Program-made: the position numbers and the translations under genes
Virus record (IMG/VR): IMGVR_UViG_3300044617_002446
Coordinates: 17,324 to 81,323 of that record
Length of the DNA: 64,000 bases
From: a virus
Strand: one strand, 5' to 3'
The notes under the pieces: generated by a model
The model's input: only the letters and a program-made list of their open reading frames with translations
Database searches by the model: none
What the model was told of the DNA's origin: nothing
Part shown: positions 57,846-64,000 of the stretch, in pieces
How positions within the stretch are numbered: the stretch's first letter is position 1
How the letters are laid out: each line of letters starts with the position of its first letter

Positions 57846-58688
57846 TTATATCCTTGGATGTCTTAAAGCAATCAATTTGAAGTCAATAAATCCCCCCCAA
57901 ACGCCTTCTTTTATAAGCTTATTAACTCTTTCATCAAATTTACTTACTCTAACGCTTTCGATGTATATTAGTTCAGGGTTAGAAGCGTAATAGTCGGTAT
58001 ATTTATATTCCGATATACCGGATTTAAAATCGCCATAAATATTAAATGGCAAACCACTCGAATTTATAAAAGGAAAGCTTTTTCTTGCCGAATCTTGCAA
58101 TATTGAATTAAGTGAATCCAATTTAAATGGATTGTCCGCTAAAACGGTACATCTAAATTCATAAACAGACTCGTCCATTCCTCCAAATGCAAAAGGATTA
58201 TTTATTCCGTAATAATTTTTTACATATATAAGTGGAAAAGGCTCTAGTATAGGAGATATTGCACCTGTTATCGCGTAAGAAGAAACGGGGTCGTCTAAAA
58301 ATAGTTGAGCTTCATCTTTTGCCGTAAGAAATAAATTAAATTCTTTATATGAAAAATCTGAAGTTATATTATTCAAACTAGGCGACATGCCAGAATCAAA
58401 GAAAACCCTACCCATTCCGTAATCTATTTGAAGACCTGATGTTCCTTTTGGAATAAAATTACTTCCAACATAAATTCCGCTAGGTATCAATGCAGAAGGT
58501 ATACTAGAATCAGAAATCCATTGCCTGTAAGATGATTGATATATTTTTTTGTTTGTAAAATATCCGTCGCTTGATGGGTAAAGTTTTCCAGAAGTTGTAT
58601 TGACAAAAGCGTCACCTTTGGAACATATTTCGTGATCCAAAAAAAGCATAAAAGATGACGACAAATCATTTACAAATAAAGGTTTCAT
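57846..58688 (-). CDS. Probable tail terminator/neck protein
   Basis: Directly upstream of the tail tube gene; IDYGMGRVFF, PFAFGG (synteny-based call). Confidence 0.5.
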   Translation of the reverse strand: MKPLFVNDLSSSFMLFLDHEICSKGDAFVNTTSGKLYPSSDGYFTNKKIYQSSYRQWISDSSIPSALIPSGIYVGSNFIPKGTSGLQIDYGMGRVFFDSGMSPSLNNITSDFSYKEFNLFLTAKDEAQLFLDDPVSSYAITGAISPILEPFPLIYVKNYYGINNPFAFGGMDESVYEFRCTVLADNPFKLDSLNSILQDSARKSFPFINSSGLPFNIYGDFKSGISEYKYTDYYASNPELIYIESVRVSKFDERVNKLIKEGVWGGFIDFKLIALRHPRI

Positions 58689-58691
58689 AAA

Positions 58692-59276
58692 TTATTGCGA
58701 ATTAATTCTATTTATAAAGTTTTTATACATTCTAGTAAAATAAGAGGTATTTTTAAATGCGCCGCTCCTTATTTGATTATTTGCTTGTACGCCTCCGCCG
58801 GATCTACCAGACAAAGCGCGCGATATATAATAACCAAAACCACTAATCCCACGTTCAACACCCTCTAACCAACTTCTTCCAGCAGCCCAAGGCATAGGTG
58901 AATTTTTCCTAAAATCCTCCAAAGACGGAACAAGAACCCTAAAACTCACAACGGATCCATTTTTTGATTTTTTTGATAGGCTTGTTTTTATTAATCTTAT
59001 TTTTCTTATTAAAAAAGAAACAGGAGAAGTTGGATCAAAATTATTTTCAAAACCAATAAAAGAAAAAAGATTTCCGTATCCCCCCAGGGTCATAGATATA
59101 TTTTTTGAATTTGGACCGGCTTTTATCTCTTCTGTAACAGGATGATTTTCAAATTCATTTAAAAATTCATTTTTTTCTGACTGTAATTTGCTTTCCGCAA
59201 GTTCAAGCGCAGCATTTTTAATCTTCGCAAGGCGACCAATATTCATTCGTAATGTATTCGTATCAAGAGACGCCAT
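58692..59276 (-). CDS. Probable neck/tail completion protein
   Basis: Basic 194-aa protein in head-tail joining gene order. Confidence 0.45.
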   Translation of the reverse strand: MASLDTNTLRMNIGRLAKIKNAALELAESKLQSEKNEFLNEFENHPVTEEIKAGPNSKNISMTLGGYGNLFSFIGFENNFDPTSPVSFLIRKIRLIKTSLSKKSKNGSVVSFRVLVPSLEDFRKNSPMPWAAGRSWLEGVERGISGFGYYISRALSGRSGGGVQANNQIRSGAFKNTSYFTRMYKNFINRINSQ

Positions 59277-59279
59277 TTT

Positions 59280-59729
59280 TTAATTTGTTTCTTTTACAAA
59301 GATTGTATAAAAATCTACGCCAACAATTCCGTGCGGTTTACTAAAACCAATCCACTCACATGATCTGCCATCTATAACAAAAGATTTATATCCATTTATA
59401 AAATCGTACGCATCTTTTTTCATTTTTAATCTGCAAGTATTGTCGTGTATTTTAGGTCTAACTTCATTTGTTTCTCCGCCAAAAAGTTCTTTCGTTGGAT
59501 CTTGCCACTGTATTCTCATTTTGAATATTCCAGATACAGGCACAAATTCCTCTTTAACAGAGTTTTGCTGCGCGCGACCATAAAAATAATTATAGTTCGA
59601 ATCAATTTCTTGAACAAGAACGCGCTTGCTTTCTTTTATTATAATTATATCGCGCCCAAATGTATCATGTATAGAATTAAAAGCGTCAACATATGAGGCT
59701 ATTTGACTGTTAGATAATAAATTAGCCAT
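59280..59729 (-). CDS. Probable head closure protein
   Basis: 149 aa from the ATG at 59729; beta-rich; synteny. Confidence 0.45.
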   Translation of the reverse strand: MANLLSNSQIASYVDAFNSIHDTFGRDIIIIKESKRVLVQEIDSNYNYFYGRAQQNSVKEEFVPVSGIFKMRIQWQDPTKELFGGETNEVRPKIHDNTCRLKMKKDAYDFINGYKSFVIDGRSCEWIGFSKPHGIVGVDFYTIFVKETN

Positions 59730-59730
59730 A

Positions 59731-60291
59731 TCAATAAATATAATCTCTATCTGATCTATAGTCAGAATAATCAGCTGATATACCTCTATAGTAACCACCA
59801 GCTACTGTATCGTCACCAACAACCTGTTCTGGTTTTGCTTTAAATTTTAAATACGAATCAACCATTTGATTTAATTCTGCTCTTGAATCAGAAGACATGG
59901 ATTTAAAAGTTTTCGCAACTTCGTTTCTATTTGTTCTTGTTATTGCTGAATCACCTTCTCTTAATGAAATCCAATCAGAGCCGCCATTTGCTAAAATACC
60001 AACACCACTTAAAGAATATCTAGCTTGTTTATTAAAATAATCTATTTCAAATATCTTTTTATATATAGCCATCTCTTGCTGACCAAGATCAGGTTCTATA
60101 TCATAAGATAGTATTTCTCCATAATTACCAGTTGTATAACTTCCAGAATAAGAAGTATCTATTAAAACATTAAGTCTGCCCAAATTAGAGTTTCCGGCAA
60201 ACCAATTGGCTAAATACTCTTGTGAATATCCAGCTTGCTCACCAATTTCGTCGTAAACCGATTGTATAAAATCATCAAAATATAAACTCAT
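59731..60291 (-). CDS. Probable head-tail adaptor protein
   Basis: Helical N-terminus, then SLREGDSAITR beta-hairpin typical of adaptors; synteny. Confidence 0.5.
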   Translation of the reverse strand: MSLYFDDFIQSVYDEIGEQAGYSQEYLANWFAGNSNLGRLNVLIDTSYSGSYTTGNYGEILSYDIEPDLGQQEMAIYKKIFEIDYFNKQARYSLSGVGILANGGSDWISLREGDSAITRTNRNEVAKTFKSMSSDSRAELNQMVDSYLKFKAKPEQVVGDDTVAGGYYRGISADYSDYRSDRDYIY

Positions 60292-60302
60292 ATTTGATGA
60301 TT

Positions 60303-60307
60303 TACAC
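60303..60307 (-). promoter_or_regulatory. GTGTA putative late-promoter motif
   Basis: TACAC on the + strand, 11 nt upstream of the ATG at 60291. Confidence 0.55.
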
Positions 60308-60320
60308 TAAAAATTAAGAG

Positions 60321-60701
60321 TTAAGCACCCTCGCGCAATACTTTTTGTGCTTCTTTGCTAAGGCAATCGGTGGAATTTACATTAGATGAAGAAAGATTTG
60401 AGAGATTATTTAAAGATGAGCTTCTTGAGGCAACAAACCTTTTAAACTCTCTAACCAATCTATCCTTTAAAACTCGTCTTTCAACAGATGGAACCAAGCC
60501 AACTTTTTCGGCGTGTCTATGCAAATCTGTTGAATTTAATTCATTAATAAAAGACTCATACTCATCTAAAGATGAAGTTTTATACGGGTTGCTGTTGTCT
60601 TCACCAAGTAAGGCATCTAAGCTTGTTAAAGTAACTTCGTTTGATATACTTTTAGCATCAACCTGATCAAGTTGTTGAAGTTTATTTTTTAATTTTGGCA
60701 T
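60321..60701 (-). CDS. Hypothetical protein (short helical HeH-like segment)
   Basis: 126 aa; L..TDL..HAEKVGL......LKDRL. Confidence 0.65.
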   Translation of the reverse strand: MPKLKNKLQQLDQVDAKSISNEVTLTSLDALLGEDNSNPYKTSSLDEYESFINELNSTDLHRHAEKVGLVPSVERRVLKDRLVREFKRFVASRSSSLNNLSNLSSSNVNSTDCLSKEAQKVLREGA

Positions 60702-60741
60702 ATAATTATTATTATAATTTAAATTAATTTATATTCAATTT

Positions 60742-60936
60742 TTAATTCAAAAACTGTTTAGCCTCTTCTTCTGAATCAAACCAATACCATCCATCAACAG
60801 GATATTGATGCTCGTCTTTTGATTCCTTTTTCAATGTAAAACTTCCATATGGTCCAAAAACAAAATTAGGAGCATACATTAATCCTTCACTATTTTTTTT
60901 ATAAAATCCAGATGTATCTTTAATTTCTTCTTCCAT
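60742..60936 (-). CDS. Small conserved-looking phage protein downstream of an LRR fibre gene
   Basis: 64 aa; SGFYK, YAPNFV, YPVDGWYWFD. Confidence 0.65.
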   Translation of the reverse strand: MEEEIKDTSGFYKKNSEGLMYAPNFVFGPYGSFTLKKESKDEHQYPVDGWYWFDSEEEAKQFLN

Positions 60937-60940
60937 AAAA

Positions 60941-62287
60941 TTAACCTGTTACTGTCCATCCTTTATTTGTTGCTATTGTAGGATCGTCTCCAGTCACTCC
61001 ATAGTTATCGGTTACATTAATTGTTTTACCTGATCCATTTGTTGCTAAGCTTTGATAAATATAGTTTAAACTAGCTGAAGAAAAATTACATCCGTTAAAT
61101 CCTAATATTCCTCCGCTTCCAACATTCATTCCAGAAGTTGAAAAAGTTATCATTGATAATGAAGTACATCCCGCCGCAAAAAATTGTAAATTACTATTTA
61201 TTGCTGTTAAGCTTGGCATTTTTAAGCTTTTTATACTATTTGAACCGAATAAAAAATTATTATTTGTTGTAGTAACAATTGGTTGCCAATTTGAAATATC
61301 TAAGTATTGTAAGCTATCACAAATTTCAAACATAGTAGACATAGTTGTAACTTTTCTTACATCCCAACTCGAAAGAGATATATTTTTAAGACTTCTACAT
61401 TCTCTAAACATAAAACTCAATGTGGTTGCATTAGAAACATTCCATTTATTTAAATTTAAAATTTCTTTATCGCAAAATAATGTTCCACAAAAATCAAAAA
61501 TATTATTCATATTTGTACAATTAGTTGAAACATTCCAATCCTCTAACCCTTCTATATTTTTTAAAGAAGTACAGTATGCAAACATGCTAGCAAAGTTTGT
61601 ACCACTACTTACATTCCAATTTCTTGTATCCAAAGATTGTAATCGATGACATTCAAAAAACATAGAATTAAAATTGTTTATTTGACTAGTATTCCATTCA
61701 TGTTCATTTAAAGACTGTAAAACTCTACACCCTCTAAAAACAGAATTAAGAGTGGTAATATTTCCCCAAGATTTAATATATACTCTTTCTAAAAAATGTA
61801 AAGTTTTATTTGCGCCTCCTATACTAAAAGTTGTAGCAGATGGACAATTTACATTTATATCCATCCATCCTTCCCCATAAGCAATATTCGCCGTAATTGC
61901 AGAATGTCTTACATTTAAAGTAAATTGTGTAAGATTTTGACCGCTTTGAGGTGTTATTGTGATAATAGCTTGTCTATAACCATACGAAGTAAGAGTATTA
62001 GAATTAATCGAATTCCAATTATAGTTGTAAGATGCCGTTGTGTTTGAAGAATAATTTTGAGGCGATGATCCATCCCCCCAATCAACTGTATATGCTCCAG
62101 AACATCTTAATGCATAAAAATTAGTATCATTATCAAAAACTGCAACAAGCGCCCTTACACCTTGAGGTTCTGGAACAGCGGGCAATGTCAACCAGTCAGA
62201 AGGTCTCGTCCAATGATCAGAAGATCTTGGGCTATCTTTATATAATTGCTTCGTTCCTAAATAAGCTCTGATTGGTGTTCTTGACAT
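60941..62287 (-). CDS. BspA/DUF285-type LRR virion surface protein with N-terminal PKD-like domain
   Basis: YTVDWGDGS; ~25-aa repeats WNVS..T....MF..C.SL..L; ATG at 62287. Confidence 0.8.
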   Translation of the reverse strand: MSRTPIRAYLGTKQLYKDSPRSSDHWTRPSDWLTLPAVPEPQGVRALVAVFDNDTNFYALRCSGAYTVDWGDGSSPQNYSSNTTASYNYNWNSINSNTLTSYGYRQAIITITPQSGQNLTQFTLNVRHSAITANIAYGEGWMDINVNCPSATTFSIGGANKTLHFLERVYIKSWGNITTLNSVFRGCRVLQSLNEHEWNTSQINNFNSMFFECHRLQSLDTRNWNVSSGTNFASMFAYCTSLKNIEGLEDWNVSTNCTNMNNIFDFCGTLFCDKEILNLNKWNVSNATTLSFMFRECRSLKNISLSSWDVRKVTTMSTMFEICDSLQYLDISNWQPIVTTTNNNFLFGSNSIKSLKMPSLTAINSNLQFFAAGCTSLSMITFSTSGMNVGSGGILGFNGCNFSSASLNYIYQSLATNGSGKTINVTDNYGVTGDDPTIATNKGWTVTG

Positions 62288-62297
62288 AAAATAAATA

Positions 62298-62819
62298 TTA
62301 AGAAATAAAATAAAGTGTGTTTGCATTTATTCCCGTTGATGCAACCAACGCATCATAGCCCGATTGAGGCAAAATAACTATAGAATAAATTGGCGTAGAA
62401 TTTGAAATATCACTTACAATTACTCTTTGACCGCTTGATTGAATTGTTCCAGAAAACGAAACAGAACCAGTATAATTTTGATTTATAAATCCACTTGGAT
62501 TACTATTAGCATAAAATTGTCCAGTTTGAGATGCGGAAATAAAATTAGATGTATCTACGCCAGTAATATATCCACTCGGATTACTCGATAAATAATAACT
62601 AGACAAGTCTAAACCTCCAGTTATATCGCTTAAGAGCGCCACCTGACTATTTCCACTAACTATAGGTCTATTAGAAAAATATGCATCACCGTCATCAATT
62701 CTAAAATTTTTACCAGATATATGAAGCCCCGAAACCGGATTCTCTATTCCAATACCAACCGTATCATTAAAAAATCCGCTGCGCCCGTAAAGTAATTTTG
62801 ATCTAAATTTGTTTGCCAT
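62298..62819 (-). CDS. Short tail-fibre-like protein
   Basis: VGIGIENP..LHISG, two SNPSG(Y/F)I repeats, C-terminal Q..YDAL......NTLYFI. Confidence 0.6.
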   Translation of the reverse strand: MANKFRSKLLYGRSGFFNDTVGIGIENPVSGLHISGKNFRIDDGDAYFSNRPIVSGNSQVALLSDITGGLDLSSYYLSSNPSGYITGVDTSNFISASQTGQFYANSNPSGFINQNYTGSVSFSGTIQSSGQRVIVSDISNSTPIYSIVILPQSGYDALVASTGINANTLYFIS

Positions 62820-62892
62820 TTTTTTTATTGTTGGGGTTTAACCAATCTGTGCCGGTTTTACAGCAACTAATTATTATTTATTTATTTATTTA

Positions 62893-62920
62893 TACACTTG
62901 TTATTATCATAATAAGTGTA
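62893..62920. promoter_or_regulatory. Back-to-back divergent GTGTA motifs forming an imperfect palindrome
   Basis: TACACTTGTTAT-TATC-ATAATAAGTGTA between divergent genes 62819(-) and 62939(+). Confidence 0.55.
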
Positions 62921-62938
62921 TTTATTTAAAATAAATTA

Positions 62939-63505
62939 ATGAAAAAAATAATAAAATTTTACGGCTTGCCGAAAACAGGAACTAATGTTTTATATTATTT
63001 ATTGAGTTTGAATTTTCCAAATTTTGTAGCTAATGAGCAAGATCACCATGTTCATTATTTGGGCTGGAAACACGGAAAACCAATCGGCTTCGACGCCTTG
63101 CAAGCAGTTGAGAAAGCAACAAATGAAAAAATACTCTTTGTATTTACTTACCGTGATTTTACAGATTGGAAAAAAAGTGTTTCAGAAAAACATGTAGGAG
63201 GCTGGGAGTTCCCGTATGCATTTTGGAATTATAAAAACCAGTTTTTATACAATACCCCGCTCGGACCAGAAGTTTATTATAGTATTTGGCATTTTTATAA
63301 AACATATATTACAGCTTATCAAGATTTTTGCAAAGAACATCCAAGCGATTCAATAATTATTGATTTTAAAGACTTAAAGAGCAATCAAATAAAAGTAGTC
63401 AAACAAATAAAAGAAAAATTCAATTTAGAATTAAATTATCCTGATCCGATAGAAATAAAAAAACAAATTGATTCTGCTGGAAAAATTGTTAATTTTTTAA
63501 ATTAA
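62939..63505 (+). CDS. PAPS-dependent sulfotransferase-like protein
   Basis: 5'-PSB motif GLPKTGTN, WKHG, 3'-PB motif R-x7-S (RDFTDWKKS). Confidence 0.7.
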   Translation: MKKIIKFYGLPKTGTNVLYYLLSLNFPNFVANEQDHHVHYLGWKHGKPIGFDALQAVEKATNEKILFVFTYRDFTDWKKSVSEKHVGGWEFPYAFWNYKNQFLYNTPLGPEVYYSIWHFYKTYITAYQDFCKEHPSDSIIIDFKDLKSNQIKVVKQIKEKFNLELNYPDPIEIKKQIDSAGKIVNFLN

Positions 63506-64000
63506 GCTTTTCAGCAATCTGTTTAATCTTTTCTTGCCAGTAAGGATTGTCTTTAGCACCCCAAAGGTGAGTGTATCCATACTTTTTGCAATCTTCTTCT
63601 GTTGGTGGTTCGTTATTAAAGAGATAGGTGATTGGAACGTTATAATGCTCTGCAGCCGCATTTAAATAAAATTGTTCAGCTATAACTGCACGACACCACT
63701 TATAGGGATAAACATCTAACCATGCTTTTTTATTTGCTGGATTAATTATCATTTCGATTGAGGATGAAGAATAATTCAAGATAAATTCTGAATTCGTGCC
63801 TCCAAAAATTCCACAATTCGAGGCGTTTCCTTTATAATAATTTGCTAGAAAATGTTTATTTTTGCATAAACTATTAAAAATAGGCACTCCATAATAACTT
63901 TCAACGTTTGCTTCTTTATTTTGAGCAAACACTTCAGCTTCTTCTATAAAGCTAGGTAACTTTTTCCACATAAAAACATCATAATCAAAATGTAAAAAAT
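63489..64000 (-). CDS. DUF6734-like / GT-A-like DxD protein, 5'-truncated by the window
   Basis: Frame stays open to the window end, giving FLHFDYDVFMWK (DxD); NCGIFGG, EQ, GYTHLWG. Confidence 0.65.
   Translation of the reverse strand, partial: FLHFDYDVFMWKKLPSFIEEAEVFAQNKEANVESYYGVPIFNSLCKNKHFLANYYKGNASNCGIFGGTNSEFILNYSSSSIEMIINPANKKAWLDVYPYKWCRAVIAEQFYLNAAAEHYNVPITYLFNNEPPTEEDCKKYGYTHLWGAKDNPYWQEKIKQIAEKLNLKN

Noticed and set aside
60742-60936. YAPNFV resembling the TMP FIPNFA motif
   Set aside because: Only PNF is shared, in a single copy; probably coincidence.
1459-61649. Numerous short ORFs antisense to or nested in long genes (e.g. 6316-6738, 27537-27935, 45413-45787, 56202-56501)
   Set aside because: Shadow ORFs overlapping well-supported genes, with no motifs or independent signals.
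60941-62287. LRR or Cys-rich tail proteins as diversity-generating retroelement targets
   Set aside because: No reverse transcriptase and no template/variable repeat pair seen in the window.
1-64000. Stop-codon recoding, tRNA/rRNA genes, inteins or introns in nrdA, dnaB and dnaE
   Set aside because: Genes are full-length and tightly packed under the standard code; no tRNA-like cloverleaf, intein (C...HN) or homing-endonuclease insertions were recognised by eye.

Overview
AT-rich 64 kb segment of a large tailed dsDNA phage genome (Caudoviricetes, probably long non-contractile tail), readable with the standard genetic code. Positions 1-23.3 kb (+ strand) hold nucleotide metabolism (nrdA, dut), a sugar-nucleotide/glycosyltransferase cluster (gmd, RmlD-like, C-methyltransferase, GT4/GT9-like) and a replication/recombination module (RecA/UvsX, DnaB, primase, Cas4/RecB-like nuclease, a DnaE split into PHP + exonuclease + catalytic genes, Whirly-like SSB, Rad52/ERF-like annealase). 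Positions 23.3-62.8 kb (- strand) hold the neck/tail morphogenesis module. The standout observation is in the 3111-aa tape-measure protein. Residues ~538-1768 form an array of nine near-identical 'GF(I/L)PNFA' linkers that delimit eight modules: two PD-(D/E)xK-like nucleases, a P-loop kinase, a GNAT acetyltransferase, a HExxH metallopeptidase, a HAD phosphatase and two small flanking modules. This suggests a motif-delimited effector polyprotein carried in the tail and injected with the DNA. Also notable: strong (S/T)-G dipeptide enrichment in surface tail proteins alongside a glycan-building toolkit, an intergenic GTGTA putative late-promoter motif, and a very Cys-rich tail-protein C-terminus. 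All domain calls come from motifs read by eye; no database searches were run.
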